A DNA stretch of 64,000 bases. Source: a virus. The stretch lies in the IMG/VR virus record IMGVR_UViG_3300024255_000002; one strand, 5' to 3'. Numbering within the stretch: the first letter of the stretch is position 1; each line of letters starts with the position of its first letter. The position numbers and the translations under genes were made by a program. Below are positions 19,001-29,547 of this stretch, one piece after another. The notes below the pieces were generated by a model. The model made no database searches. It saw only the letters and a program-made list of their open reading frames with translations, and had not been told where the DNA came from.

Positions 19001-22000
19001 CTGGCGCTTCAGTGGTCGAAGTTCCTGAATTCAATTCAGTTATTTCATCTGACTTAGAATTTTATTTAAGTAGAATAGATAAAATCTTTATCACTAGAGA
19101 AGGTCAATTTAAAGTAGTTGAAGGCGCATCCGATATTAATCCTTTAGAACCTAATGATCTTCCTGGGCATATGTTATTGGCAACAGTAAACATTCCAGCA
19201 TATACTTTAAATGTAAGTGATGTAACAGTAACACCTGAAGACAATAGAAGATTTACAATGAGAGATATTGGTAAGTTAGAAGGTAGAATACAAAACTTAG
19301 AATATTATACTCAATTGTCATTATTAGAACAAGACGCACAGAATTTACAAATACAAGACACAAACGGCCTAGATAGATTTAAAAATGGTTTTATAGTTGA
19401 TAACTTTACAGGACACAATATTGGTGATGTAGGTAACATTGATTATAAAACTGCTATCGATAGAGCAAGAGGTGAGGCAAGAACATTATTTAATGAAGAC
19501 ACTGTTGAATTAGAAGAAGTTGATAACGATGGATCAGTAATTACTGCCACAGATAGAACAGACGCTAACTATCAACTAACTGGTGATGTTGTAACTTTAC
19601 CTTATACAGAAACAACTTACTTAGAACAACCATATGCAACTGCAACGGAAAATCTTAACCCATTCTTAGTATTCAATTGGATTGGAACTGCTGAATTAGA
19701 TCCACCTGTTGATGAGTGGAGAGAAACCGAAGTTGCACCAGACTTAATTGCTAACGTTAATGGTTCATTTGATAACTTGGCAAGAGATAGAGGATTAAGT
19801 GCAGGAACTACTCGTATCCCATTAAGTACAGAGTGGAACAACTGGCAAGATCAGTGGTCTGGTAATCCTAGAACAACTACATCTGGAAGAACAACTACAA
19901 CTACAACCTCTGTAGTTCAAACTAGAAGTGGAATAAGATCGGAAATTATTCCTCAAACTGTAAGACAAAGTTTAGGAAATAGAGTTATATCTATTGCATT
20001 TGTTCCATTTATAAGAAGTAGAGCAATTAACTTTACTGCTTACGGAATGAGACCAAACGTTAGAGTACATCCTTTCTTTGATAACATAGATGTTTCGGCA
20101 TACACAACTCCGGCGTCAATTATAACAGACGCAAACGGAACTGCTACAGGAACATTTACTATACCTGATCCAAAAGTTTCATCTAATCCAAGATGGAGAA
20201 CAGGTAAGAGAGTATTCAGATTAACAAGTTCGGCATCAAACTCACAAGATAAAACTGCTATTGCTACATCAGCAGAGGCAGACTATGACGCAAAAGGATT
20301 ATTACAAACAGTACAAGAGGCAATAATTTCAACTAGAGAAGCAAGAACAGTAAGAACAAGTGTTAACCAAACAAGATCAACAAGTAGGGTTACATCTGTC
20401 GTAAATCAACCAAATGAACGTGATGGAGGACCTGATCCTTTAGCACAATCATTTGTTGTTAATGACGCTGATGGAATATTTGTTACAAGTGTAGATGCTT
20501 TCTTTGCTACTAAATCAAATGACATTCCTGTTAAGGCAGAAATTAGAAACATGGTGAATGGTTATCCAGGAACAAAACTAATTCCTTTCTCAGAAAAATG
20601 GTTAAATGCAAGTCAAGTTAATACATCAACAGATGGAACAGTTGCAACGACATTTACATTCAATGCACCTGTATATTTGAACGAAGGTGTTGAGTATTGT
20701 ATAATCTTATATTCAGACTCAGCAGACTACACAGCTTACATTGCTAAACTTGGAAGTAAGACACTTGATTCTAATAGAACAGTATCTAAACAACCAACAT
20801 CTGGTGTATTATTTAAATCTGCTAACTACAGTACATGGACACCAGAACAAACTGAAGATTTAAAATTTACATTGAAGAAGGCAGTATTTGATACAACAAC
20901 TACTGGAACACTATCACTTGCTAACAAGGCATTACCTACAAGAACACTAGTAACTAATCCATTAAGAACATTTAATGGTTCAACAGTATTAAGAGTTCAT
21001 CATCCAAATCATGGTATGCTACACACTAGTGATAATGTTATTATTTCAGGTGCGTCTTCATTATCAAATGGTATAACTGAGGCACAGATCAATACAACTT
21101 TTAATTCAATATCAAATATAACTTTAGATAGTTATGATGTTACAACTGCTGGAACGGCAACTGTAACAGGAGATGAAGGATCAACTACTGTAACTGCAAC
21201 ACAAAATAGACCTTATGATGTGTTACAACTACAAATTGGAAATGTTGTTCATCCAGGAACATCTTTAAATACAACTTTAAGATCAACATCAAGTAACTCT
21301 TTGGACTCTGGCAATACATCATTTGCTTACAGTAGAGATTTAGAAAGTGGTGTTAAGTCAGTTGTAATTGGAGATAACATATACTTCACAGAACCAAAAG
21401 TTGTTCTTAGTGAAATAAATGAAAAACAAGAAATAGGATCAAATGCAACTACAAGATATGGTAATCAATCTATGATAGTTAATATTTCTATGACTACTGA
21501 TAATCCAAATCTATCTCCGATAATTGATATGAAACGATTAAATGCATTTACTATTACAAACAGATTATCAAATCCAATTGTATATTCAACTGATACATTT
21601 ACAGGTAATAATTCTGATACAGATTTTACTTTATCAGGAACACCTGAGTCTGCTCATCATGTTAAAGTTACACTTAACGGAACAACTTTGGCACCGTTTG
21701 ATGACTACACAATTTCAGGAAGTACATTAACAATTTCATCAACACCTGCTAATGGTGCTCAGATAGTTGCTAAAGTTACTAATACAATTAATTATGAAGA
21801 TGACACGGCAACATTAGGTGGTTCATCTTCTGGTTCTTATATAACAAGACCTATTACTTTAGAAAATCCATCAACTGCTTTAGAAATAAGAGTTGCAGGA
21901 TCAGTTAGAAGTACATCACAACTAAGATGTTATTATAGAGTAACAGGTGGTATGGAACAAAGAAGAATAGAAGATATTCCATTTACACCATTTAACTTAG

Positions 22001-22194
22001 ATGGAACAACAGACGATTCAGTTAAATCATCCGAGGGACAAGAAGTATTAGATAGAGACTTTAAAGATTATAAATGGAGTGATGAAAATATATCAGACTT
22101 CTCATCATTTCAAATTAAAATTGTATTTAGAGGAACAAACTCTGCTTACGCACCTCGTATAAAAGATTTGAGAGGAATTGCTTTGGCGGTGTAA
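16012..22194 (+). CDS. Large virion structural protein, VrlC/DUF4815-like
   Basis: SPYFDDFD, LFRP..VQARELTQ.Q.ILQ, APGAHR, LARRTFDESG, RFKNGFIVDNF, DPLAQSF, PRIKDLRGIAL. Confidence 0.88.
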   Translation: MPSPTDFNISPYFDDFDETKNYHRILFRPSFAVQARELTQSQTILQNQVEKMGDHFFKQGSMVIPGQLSIDTNYTAVKLTSKSNSDLNAYLNQNLLGDTSKVGATVIKVVASDGTDPDTLYIKYTSADSVNNVKTVFDDGETVTAQGSGDTFVVDTTATGSAAGIEAGIYYINGYMVRVESSSLVLDKYTNQPSYRIGLQVTESFITSGDDTSLDDNAQGYSNANAPGAHRLKVTLSLSKRTLSSTEDSNFYEIARVKDGIILSQVRSTEYAVLEDTLARRTFDESGDYVLSNPDFEVREHLKDTTSSDTDIVRGIYLSSEGGLESKLAIGISPFKAYVNGYENENMATNFVNLNKGRDFTTINNNKTTFDVDNFVNVSNIYNTPDFAEFGASVEAFKSVNLHDVATDTKGVERATSGAIVPQIGRAKSRGFETSLALDTDANLILDDTSVYKHYLFDIEMFTHLNLLDNTSFTTGDTVSGSTSGASGVVQNSSVAHSEGITSINTSNSVVTASGTLGLKDGQQIKFLSPVFEVDSVAVTTSDVFTVRNADYSANTFELYKSDGTTIANVTAFTSTGNATHGVLVLANVEGTFASGEVVTNDSSASATVQNTVLGLSGASVKEFSSVKQIAMDGTPPYTSDTSLSTAYGDNTTLVGNISIANSSKNILGKGTFFLTDLKPGDQISFDTDTGNNITKTVAYIVSDTSLFLTSNVGGSDVTTAGILVRQRTKINSPENNIMVFKLPYDNVKTLKTTLNNFVTDTNYKVRRQKTEVINSSNQITITLGNGETFSTFNSKDYSASVTVGSDIGKVFKLDSMFTLNLAQTELVLDFGGYNGQTVKITYSVNKPLVNSKTKTLTNVSSLSITNYTDSVISLGKADVYRVNSITMGGDDITDRFVLDTGQRDNFYDIGRIKLKTGAIKPTANLTIDFDYFEHGSGDYFDVDSYNAQVEYENIPSYTSDTTGATYELRDSLDFRPRVEDASTINSGGTDRQFDGTGASVVEVPEFNSVISSDLEFYLSRIDKIFITREGQFKVVEGASDINPLEPNDLPGHMLLATVNIPAYTLNVSDVTVTPEDNRRFTMRDIGKLEGRIQNLEYYTQLSLLEQDAQNLQIQDTNGLDRFKNGFIVDNFTGHNIGDVGNIDYKTAIDRARGEARTLFNEDTVELEEVDNDGSVITATDRTDANYQLTGDVVTLPYTETTYLEQPYATATENLNPFLVFNWIGTAELDPPVDEWRETEVAPDLIANVNGSFDNLARDRGLSAGTTRIPLSTEWNNWQDQWSGNPRTTTSGRTTTTTTSVVQTRSGIRSEIIPQTVRQSLGNRVISIAFVPFIRSRAINFTAYGMRPNVRVHPFFDNIDVSAYTTPASIITDANGTATGTFTIPDPKVSSNPRWRTGKRVFRLTSSASNSQDKTAIATSAEADYDAKGLLQTVQEAIISTREARTVRTSVNQTRSTSRVTSVVNQPNERDGGPDPLAQSFVVNDADGIFVTSVDAFFATKSNDIPVKAEIRNMVNGYPGTKLIPFSEKWLNASQVNTSTDGTVATTFTFNAPVYLNEGVEYCIILYSDSADYTAYIAKLGSKTLDSNRTVSKQPTSGVLFKSANYSTWTPEQTEDLKFTLKKAVFDTTTTGTLSLANKALPTRTLVTNPLRTFNGSTVLRVHHPNHGMLHTSDNVIISGASSLSNGITEAQINTTFNSISNITLDSYDVTTAGTATVTGDEGSTTVTATQNRPYDVLQLQIGNVVHPGTSLNTTLRSTSSNSLDSGNTSFAYSRDLESGVKSVVIGDNIYFTEPKVVLSEINEKQEIGSNATTRYGNQSMIVNISMTTDNPNLSPIIDMKRLNAFTITNRLSNPIVYSTDTFTGNNSDTDFTLSGTPESAHHVKVTLNGTTLAPFDDYTISGSTLTISSTPANGAQIVAKVTNTINYEDDTATLGGSSSGSYITRPITLENPSTALEIRVAGSVRSTSQLRCYYRVTGGMEQRRIEDIPFTPFNLDGTTDDSVKSSEGQEVLDRDFKDYKWSDENISDFSSFQIKIVFRGTNSAYAPRIKDLRGIALAV

Positions 22195-22195
22195 T

Positions 22196-22414
22196 ATGAC
22201 TAAAATTAAAGTTGAAGGATATGCAAGTTTAGTTAGAGATACACAAACTGGCGCAATCGTCAACACTGACAAATCAGCATATAATGTTTATATGCAAAGA
22301 GTATTAAAAAGAAAAAAAGAAGGAGATACTCTAAGATCGGCAGTAAAAGAAATAAATACTTTAAAGGCAGAATTAAGAGAGATAAAACAACTAATTATAG
22401 GACTTAAAAAATAA
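22196..22414 (+). CDS. Small conserved coiled-coil protein
   Basis: KVEGY.SLVRD..TGAIVNTD; ATG at 22196 just after the previous stop. Confidence 0.8.
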   Translation: MTKIKVEGYASLVRDTQTGAIVNTDKSAYNVYMQRVLKRKKEGDTLRSAVKEINTLKAELREIKQLIIGLKK

Positions 22415-23088
22415 TGGCAATAGCACATATATACGTTACAGACACTTTAGAGAAGTTTAGAGTTGAGTTTAATAAACTTGGCCTAGATGTTGGTGATCCT
22501 GCGATATTAACAGGATTTACTGCTACTAACGCCATGGGTGCGTTAAATGAATTAAAAGCTACTGTTGATGATGGTTTTACAATTATTGATGAATCAAATA
22601 ATACTCAAACAATTTCTGGTGGAGATACACTTACATTTCAAGGAACAACTAATCAAATAACTGCTGGTGTATTACCAACTGATATTCTTAAAATAGCATT
22701 GACAGATGATGTCGTTATTAATACAAGTCTTTCAGTTTCAAATGTTTCAATTTCAAATGGAACTATTACAACAACCGATAGTACGTCATTAAATATTAGT
22801 ACAGACGTAAACGTTGCTGGTTCTATAACTACAACTAATATTAATTCAACAACAAATACAACAACATTACCACCTAATTTAGTATTTGAAGGTGCTACTG
22901 ACGATGGTATAACAACTACATTATCAGTAATTGATCCAACACAAAATAACACAATAAATCTACCGAATGAAAGTGGAACGATACTTACAAGTTCTTCTAA
23001 TCTTTCAAGTTTATCTAATTCGGTTTCTTTATCCATAATCGACTCAAGTGGGACAACAGTTAAGATAATACACGGAACAAGTACATAG
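22414..23088 (+). CDS. Virion structural / fibre protein
   Basis: TDTLEKFRVEFN N-terminus; FEGATDD..TTL...DPT...I.LP..SGT motif. Confidence 0.7.
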   Translation: MAIAHIYVTDTLEKFRVEFNKLGLDVGDPAILTGFTATNAMGALNELKATVDDGFTIIDESNNTQTISGGDTLTFQGTTNQITAGVLPTDILKIALTDDVVINTSLSVSNVSISNGTITTTDSTSLNISTDVNVAGSITTTNINSTTNTTTLPPNLVFEGATDDGITTTLSVIDPTQNNTINLPNESGTILTSSSNLSSLSNSVSLSIIDSSGTTVKIIHGTST

Positions 23089-23097
23089 GGGGTTGCC

Positions 23098-23997
23098 ATG
23101 GCAGTGAGAAGACCTTTATATATTTTGAGTGGTGATCTCAAAGAGATGAGTGACGCTATGATTGATTCCATCATAGATAAAACAATATATCAATATTCAC
23201 AAAGTCCAAGTGCGGCCCTTTCGGTTGGAACAGGAAATATAACTTCATTAGTTGATACTAGAAAAATTGCTAGTACAGTTTCATCCCATCCGTCATCATT
23301 TCAAACACCTGGTTCTTTAGGTGATGCTTCAGTAACTTATAATAGATTGAGACTAACATCATCAGCATCAACACCAACAGCTGATACAGGTAAAACTTTT
23401 CCTGTTTACAATGACAGTGGAAACATTCGTGCCATGTCTTTACAAGATATGAAAGATACATTTTTACATCCTGCAATTGATTTATTAATTGGATCAAATA
23501 CAAGCAACTCACAAGCAGGAACTTATACTTTACACACTTCAACTAGTTTATCAAATCACACTAGGGTTTCTTCAACAACTGTATATACAGACACACGTTA
23601 TAATGGAACAACAAATGTTTCATCAACAAGAGACAGACCATCAACAGTTACAAATTATTATTTGTTTAGAAGAACATGGAGTGGTTCAGCACCATCTTAT
23701 ACATCTCCAATGTATATTACAGGATCAAATGATATACAAGAATATACTACAACAAATTTTGATAGTTTATTGAGTGATTGGATAAGACACACTGCCGCTT
23801 CATCAACAGACGGATACAAAATTAACTATAACATAAACGGATCAGGATCAACAAGAGCGACTATGACAGATACTAGACTAACAGGAAACACAACAAATAC
23901 TTTATTTGTAAATGCTGATGATTATAGGTCACAAAGATTTCCTGCTGGTTCTTCATCTGCTGTATCAACATATCAGTTTAAAATTAGGAAGTTATAA
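23098..23997 (+). CDS. Ser/Thr-rich virion structural protein
   Basis: Repeated DTR motif units; late operon context. Confidence 0.65.
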   Translation: MAVRRPLYILSGDLKEMSDAMIDSIIDKTIYQYSQSPSAALSVGTGNITSLVDTRKIASTVSSHPSSFQTPGSLGDASVTYNRLRLTSSASTPTADTGKTFPVYNDSGNIRAMSLQDMKDTFLHPAIDLLIGSNTSNSQAGTYTLHTSTSLSNHTRVSSTTVYTDTRYNGTTNVSSTRDRPSTVTNYYLFRRTWSGSAPSYTSPMYITGSNDIQEYTTTNFDSLLSDWIRHTAASSTDGYKINYNINGSGSTRATMTDTRLTGNTTNTLFVNADDYRSQRFPAGSSSAVSTYQFKIRKL

Positions 23998-23999
23998 CT

Positions 24000-24009
24000 C
24001 GTATATATA
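24000..24009 (+). promoter_or_regulatory. Late-promoter variant CGTATATATA
   Basis: 4 nt before the epimerase ATG. Confidence 0.5.
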
Positions 24010-24013
24010 GAGT

Positions 24014-24742
24014 ATGAATATATTATTGACAGGAAGTGATGGATTTATAGGACAAAATCTACACGATCATTTTAAAGAAAATCATAACATAATCTGTTTA
24101 GATAAATCGTCAGGTAATGATTTATTAAATTGCGACTTAAAACATAATGTCGATTTAGTAATTCACTTGGCAGGTTTGTCAGGTGTGAGAGATAGTTTAA
24201 ATAACCCAACAGAATATTGGACAAACAATGTAATTGCTGGGCAAAGATTATTTGACTTTTTTAAAGATACAAGAATATTATATGCCAGTTCTTCAACAGC
24301 ACATGAACCATGGCGTAATCCATATGCAATTAGTAAATATGCTTTAGAGTTAATCGCACCAACAAATAGTGTTGGTATGAGATTTACAACTGTTTATGGG
24401 CCTAATGCTAAAAAGGATATGTTAATTCCTAGAATATTAAGAAACGATGTTCCTTTTATTCATACAAATCATACAAGAGATTTTATTCATGTAAATGATA
24501 TTATAAGTGCTATTGAAACTTTAATGAGTTCAGATTTTACAGGTGCCTTAGATATTGGAACAGGAGAGACCAATAACTTAGTTCAACTTGTAGATTACTT
24601 TGGAATAGAGTGTGAGAGATTGGTGGGAAAAGAAAACGAGAGATTAGATAATAAAGCAGACATAAGTATATTAAAAAATTTAGGATGGAAACCTAAAGTT
24701 GATTTATACAGTTATATAGAGGATCAAAGACATGCTAACTAA
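24014..24742 (+). CDS. NAD-dependent nucleotide-sugar epimerase/dehydratase (extended SDR)
   Basis: TGSDGFIG, HLAG, ASSS, YAISK, RFTTVYGP, RDFIHV. Confidence 0.92.
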   Translation: MNILLTGSDGFIGQNLHDHFKENHNIICLDKSSGNDLLNCDLKHNVDLVIHLAGLSGVRDSLNNPTEYWTNNVIAGQRLFDFFKDTRILYASSSTAHEPWRNPYAISKYALELIAPTNSVGMRFTTVYGPNAKKDMLIPRILRNDVPFIHTNHTRDFIHVNDIISAIETLMSSDFTGALDIGTGETNNLVQLVDYFGIECERLVGKENERLDNKADISILKNLGWKPKVDLYSYIEDQRHAN

Positions 24743-25223
24743 AGAATACTTAAAAGATAATTTTATCACGGCATATTTCTGTGATGAAGATAGAAAGTTT
24801 ATTGAAATACTAGCAACAAGTGAAGATAAAAAAGAAACATACCCAACAGTAATACCTTTTGATGAAAACGAACCACAATATAAAATTTTATTAGAGTTTG
24901 TTACTTTAGATGATTTGCATGAAATAACATATAAGAGAAAACAAGAAGAAAGAAAAGATTATGAGACTGCTGTATTAGAGATAGCAAAAAATGAAGGATT
25001 AGTCTTAGAGAATAATAAAGTTGATACAAAGTTTTTTAATCTGTTAGTAAAAACTGTTTTTGAAGAAAAATCTGAAGACAAAGAGGAATTGTTTACACTG
25101 AAGATTGCTTTGTTTGAGTTAGATAAAATAAAAAACTCTAAGAACACTAAGTTAAAAACTAAGTTAAGAAAATCTCAAACTATCTATGATACATTGTCTG
25201 TGGCATTTGAACTGACAAAATAA
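24732..25223 (+). CDS. Hypothetical protein
   Basis: 163-aa ORF overlapping the epimerase end. Confidence 0.7.
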   Translation: MLTKEYLKDNFITAYFCDEDRKFIEILATSEDKKETYPTVIPFDENEPQYKILLEFVTLDDLHEITYKRKQEERKDYETAVLEIAKNEGLVLENNKVDTKFFNLLVKTVFEEKSEDKEELFTLKIALFELDKIKNSKNTKLKTKLRKSQTIYDTLSVAFELTK

Positions 25224-25768
25224 TCTTTCCACCATCCAGACCACCCCTCATCCATAAGATGTTTGTTTTGATTTAAAAGACATATACTGTGGTCTTTATT
25301 TTTAGTTTCATCTTCTTGTATTGAATAACAGACTTTATCGTAGGTATTATATTTTAATTCTCTATAATAAAATTCATCACTGCCTTTCCAATACTTTGTC
25401 ATATAGTATTCTTCATCACTTTTAAACTTATTCCATATGTGTGATACATCACCAGTCCATGATACAATTGATGAGTTTAAAGGAGTATGATAAGGTTCTC
25501 TCCACCAAGCATGTAATAATGTAAAATCCTTTCTTATTAGATTAGGAACTTTATTGTATATTACCATATCTAAATCAAAGTATAGATTTTCACCGTCTCT
25601 AAATCTATCATACATTTGAAACTTGTTATACCAGTTACCATACAGATCATCTTCAATAACTTCAAAACTATCATACTTTAGGCCAGAATAGTTATCAATC
25701 ATATGTTTAAGATTTTTAACATGCCAGTTGGTATATTTTTTACCAAATCTACAACAAATTATTCTCAT
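25184..25768 (-). CDS. GT-A fold glycosyltransferase
   Basis: GKKY, WYNKFQ, LYFDLD (DxD), LNSSIVSW; ATGA coupling at 25765-25768. Confidence 0.8.
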   Translation of the reverse strand: MRIICCRFGKKYTNWHVKNLKHMIDNYSGLKYDSFEVIEDDLYGNWYNKFQMYDRFRDGENLYFDLDMVIYNKVPNLIRKDFTLLHAWWREPYHTPLNSSIVSWTGDVSHIWNKFKSDEEYYMTKYWKGSDEFYYRELKYNTYDKVCYSIQEDETKNKDHSICLLNQNKHLMDEGWSGWWKDYFVSSNATDNVS

Positions 25769-26511
25769 TTCCAATACCTCTTTATCCAATCTTCTTTAGA
25801 TGTGTGAATGTTACTATCGGGATTTGCAAAATGTATTATCTTTAACTTAGGATTAGGTTTGTCTAATATCATATAATCAGTATCAAACATTTCTGAATAC
25901 TTTACATTATATTGTAAGTTTGTTTTTTCATTATTAGTATATTTACCTATCCACTCTTTAGGCATAAGAGTTATTTTACCTTTGTTATATCTTATAGTAT
26001 TTTCAACGTGATTTTGTTCCCCATAGTATTTGTGATGAACAATGCCTTTGTTGTAGTATCGAAGTTGATAATGCTCTACATTTTTTATAAATTCATTCCA
26101 AATATATTTAAAACTTCCTGATTTAAATTTATACCAACCACCATTAAGAGTTAGTTTGGTATCATTCCACCACTTACCATACGATACTAACTCATTATCA
26201 TCAACAGGATAACCTATCATTTCATCTATATTACCAACTATAACTTGATCTATATCCATAATGATTATTTCATCACCTGGTTTCTGATAAGCAAATAGTG
26301 GTGAGAAAAATGCAAGTTTATGCCAATGTAGTTTAATATCTGAATGTTTTGGTAAAGGTATTACTATATCTGCTTTTACGTTGGGATTGTCACTGTAACA
26401 TATAAACTCAAATGGTATAGTGCTATTTCTTTTTAAACCATTGTATAGCTTTTCAACATAGTCTGGTGTGTATTTTCCTTCAAAATATACTGTACAAATT
26501 TTAATACTCAT
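25765..26511 (-). CDS. GT-A fold glycosyltransferase
   Basis: GKYTPDYVEKLY, WHKLAFF, MDIDQV (DxD), GEQ, IIHF. Confidence 0.82.
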   Translation of the reverse strand: MSIKICTVYFEGKYTPDYVEKLYNGLKRNSTIPFEFICYSDNPNVKADIVIPLPKHSDIKLHWHKLAFFSPLFAYQKPGDEIIIMDIDQVIVGNIDEMIGYPVDDNELVSYGKWWNDTKLTLNGGWYKFKSGSFKYIWNEFIKNVEHYQLRYYNKGIVHHKYYGEQNHVENTIRYNKGKITLMPKEWIGKYTNNEKTNLQYNVKYSEMFDTDYMILDKPNPKLKIIHFANPDSNIHTSKEDWIKRYWK

Positions 26512-27637
26512 TCCACATCTCTCTCCAGTTAAAATTTCTATGTTTTGACAAGTCATCACAATACTGTTTCATTCTAGTATTATTAATATCCACAGGTTCT
26601 AATAATAACTCACTTAATATAAATTCAAGGTCTTTATGATTTTTGTATTTTTGTTTAATAGTTTCTTTTTGTTCTTTATTTAAGTTTCTTATCGAAAGAT
26701 GTTTGGGACCTCTAACTATATTAACAAACGTTGTGTGGACATTAAAGTTTTTCATATAGTAATCATATATTTCATTTAAATCAAATATATTTAATAATGA
26801 AACTGTACAATTTAATTGGTGTATTAAACTATGAGCCTCTTTTATGTTTGCCTCAAATTTTAATCTATCTATTGGATATCTTATCCAATCTAACTTTTTA
26901 CCATAGTGATCGCATGAAACACCCAATTTTATATTTTCAAATTTTTCTACATAATCAAATATAGATTTATCTTTATATCTTAATTCAGTTAAATTTGTGT
27001 CATAAGATAATTTTATATGTTTTGCATGTTCATTAGGTATTAAATCTAAAAATTGCCAATGTTTGGGAAGTTGTAATGGCTCACCACCAGTAATATTCAT
27101 ATAAGAAACTAGATGTATATTATCCAATATATCTTTTGTTATGTCATTCCATTGTTTATGTTTTACTGATTTAAAAGTTTCTCCCCATATACCTTTTTCA
27201 CCATAGATTTGTTTTAATTCATTTCTTCTTGTAGATGAGTTATATGGATGACACATATAGCATCCTAAGTTGCAATACGATCCGTGTATTCTTAATTTTA
27301 GGCCTACGTTTTTCACTTCCATATCAACACCATACTTGTTGAGATATTTGCCATTTCTATAGGAAACTCCTATGTCTTCTTCAAGTTTATAGCAGGTTTT
27401 ACACGCATCAATTTTTTCACCCAATATCGTTTTATTTCTTATTTCTTCCATTTCAGGTGAGTTAAAAAATTCAAAGGGTGTTGTATTTTCAGTTGTATAT
27501 TTTTTCAATCCATTTGTAGGTTTAGCATGACAACACAATTTGTATCTACCAGCATTATCTGCATATATTTCTTTAAAAGGCATAGCACAATATGATTTAT
27601 TTTTTTCGTAAAATTCTTTAATAAAGGACTTTGACAT
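26501..27637 (-). CDS. Radical SAM enzyme with an N-terminal twitch/SPASM-like Cys cluster
   Basis: CNLGCYMC, TGGEP, YDTN; N-terminal CAMPF...LCC...CKTC. Confidence 0.9.
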   Translation of the reverse strand: MSKSFIKEFYEKNKSYCAMPFKEIYADNAGRYKLCCHAKPTNGLKKYTTENTTPFEFFNSPEMEEIRNKTILGEKIDACKTCYKLEEDIGVSYRNGKYLNKYGVDMEVKNVGLKLRIHGSYCNLGCYMCHPYNSSTRRNELKQIYGEKGIWGETFKSVKHKQWNDITKDILDNIHLVSYMNITGGEPLQLPKHWQFLDLIPNEHAKHIKLSYDTNLTELRYKDKSIFDYVEKFENIKLGVSCDHYGKKLDWIRYPIDRLKFEANIKEAHSLIHQLNCTVSLLNIFDLNEIYDYYMKNFNVHTTFVNIVRGPKHLSIRNLNKEQKETIKQKYKNHKDLEFILSELLLEPVDINNTRMKQYCDDLSKHRNFNWREMWNEY

Positions 27638-27638
27638 T

Positions 27639-28715
27639 TTAAGATCCACAGTGCTTTGAACATTGGGGTACAGGACTATCACTATTCCAACTGTCAGGCA
27701 ACTTCTTTCTAAACCAGTCATTTTTTATAATATCTAATAAGTTGTTATGAAAAACATTGTGACTTTTTTTATATTGATTATAATGTTTAATTAAAGGATG
27801 AGTTACTAAATTATTCTCTTTGTTTGTTATTGAATTAAAAAAATGAGAATTTGCAAAATAACAACACGGCAAAACTTGTCCATCAGGATTTACTAACACT
27901 CTATTGTCAATTTCCCATTTGCAATTAATTTTTTTAAGTTCTTTGGGTGATTTTGATTGTCTTTTTATTGTTGCGACTTGGAAACTTTCATAACTTTCCC
28001 TTCTTATTTTTAATTTTTTATTTTCAATAATTACAGTATTGTCAGGTATATTCTCTTTTACTTCTTCAAGTTTCTGTTCTTTTCCTTTACTATCTACAAA
28101 TGTAAAAGGATTTCTCCTCGTCCATCTATCTGTATAAATGTGTAGATGGTGTTTTGATCCATTTTCATAACAAAGTTTTTCTATATCTTTTAAATAAGGT
28201 TTATTGTGTTTAAACATAAGTGTTTGTGTTCTTATATTAGCCTTTGTATTAGATATGATTTGCATATTATTAAGTATTTTATCTAAGAAAGTTTTTTGTC
28301 TATACAACTCATGCATTTTTTGATCTATACCCTCAACTGCAAAAGTAACAGTTAATCTTTTACCACCAATAACACCAAGTTCCCACCAAAAATCACTATC
28401 TCTTAAAGACCCATTTGTGTGAATAGAGATATATATTTTTTTATTTGTTTCTCTAATATATTTAATAATCTCTAAAAAATCTTTATTGATAATAGGGTCT
28501 CCCCATGTACCACATATTGTTATTTTTGCAACAACTTCAATTACATTTTTAGGATATGCCTTTTTAAATTGTTCTAAAGACCAATCTATTGTTGGCAACC
28601 ATTCAGCAGTTTTACACTTATTGTCGGGATTTGTTCTATGGCACATTGGGCAACCAGCATTACAGTTAGTTGTTATATCAACAAATACATCTAAATTATA
28701 CGAACTAAGTTGCAT
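27639..28715 (-). CDS. Radical SAM enzyme with a C-terminal SPASM/twitch domain
   Basis: CNAGCPMC, GTWGDP, HTNGS; C...VNPDGQVLPCC...CSKHC. Confidence 0.9.
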   Translation of the reverse strand: MQLSSYNLDVFVDITTNCNAGCPMCHRTNPDNKCKTAEWLPTIDWSLEQFKKAYPKNVIEVVAKITICGTWGDPIINKDFLEIIKYIRETNKKIYISIHTNGSLRDSDFWWELGVIGGKRLTVTFAVEGIDQKMHELYRQKTFLDKILNNMQIISNTKANIRTQTLMFKHNKPYLKDIEKLCYENGSKHHLHIYTDRWTRRNPFTFVDSKGKEQKLEEVKENIPDNTVIIENKKLKIRRESYESFQVATIKRQSKSPKELKKINCKWEIDNRVLVNPDGQVLPCCYFANSHFFNSITNKENNLVTHPLIKHYNQYKKSHNVFHNNLLDIIKNDWFRKKLPDSWNSDSPVPQCSKHCGS

Positions 28716-29547
28716 TGAAATAACCTTCAAATTTTTTGTTTATAACATGTAATATTTTAGAGTTAGATATATTGTCATTTTCCATTATCATGTCGTGCCA
28801 AGTTTTAGGTAAGTTGTTCCACTCTATATTATTTTTTTCTAAAAGATATGTAAAAAATGTTTCATTGTTAGGTTCATATAGAGAACTTATAGTATTTCCA
28901 AAATATTCTTCATTCTTTGCTTTGTTTAAAAGATCAATTAAGTTATTTAAATTTTTCATTAACTGTATTTTTTTTAATTGTTTACTACTTGCACATATTA
29001 TTCCTGTATTGATAACTTCATAAGTCACATCATAATTATCGTTTGCAAAAAGCATAGACTGTTTTGCCAGTGCTTTAATATACATACTATACTTATCAAA
29101 ATGAGTATTGATTATATAATCATAAGTTTTTCTTTTTTTATTTTTTCCAATTAAGGCATCTTTGGGCCATGTATTTTTAACTGTTGAATTTACTGAACGA
29201 ACATTTATCTTACTCATATCAAATTCTTCAAAAAAAGATTGATTGGTGTTTGGTATAACATCAAAGTCTAAGTATAGAATATTATCATATTTCTCAAAAA
29301 GATTTTCATATAAGAAATGTTTATAAAAGTTTAATGTATCAAACTCATATAGATTATACTCACTTTTAAATTTATCATAAACTTCATCCTGCCCAAACAT
29401 AATAAATTCAGCATTACATTTTTTTGCATATTCTTTTTTAACATTTAATAAATCACTATAATAAGATTTCAGTTTATTCTTAGTGTTTGTGTGCTTTGAG
29501 TTGTTAGGTTCAATATCAATATAAAAACTATAAATCACATTTTTCAT
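28705..29547 (-). CDS. GT-A fold glycosyltransferase
   Basis: NFYK, LYLDFDV, INTGII, NETFF, HVINK; paralog of 29528..30406. Confidence 0.8.
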   Translation of the reverse strand: MKNVIYSFYIDIEPNNSKHTNTKNKLKSYYSDLLNVKKEYAKKCNAEFIMFGQDEVYDKFKSEYNLYEFDTLNFYKHFLYENLFEKYDNILYLDFDVIPNTNQSFFEEFDMSKINVRSVNSTVKNTWPKDALIGKNKKRKTYDYIINTHFDKYSMYIKALAKQSMLFANDNYDVTYEVINTGIICASSKQLKKIQLMKNLNNLIDLLNKAKNEEYFGNTISSLYEPNNETFFTYLLEKNNIEWNNLPKTWHDMIMENDNISNSKILHVINKKFEGYFNAT

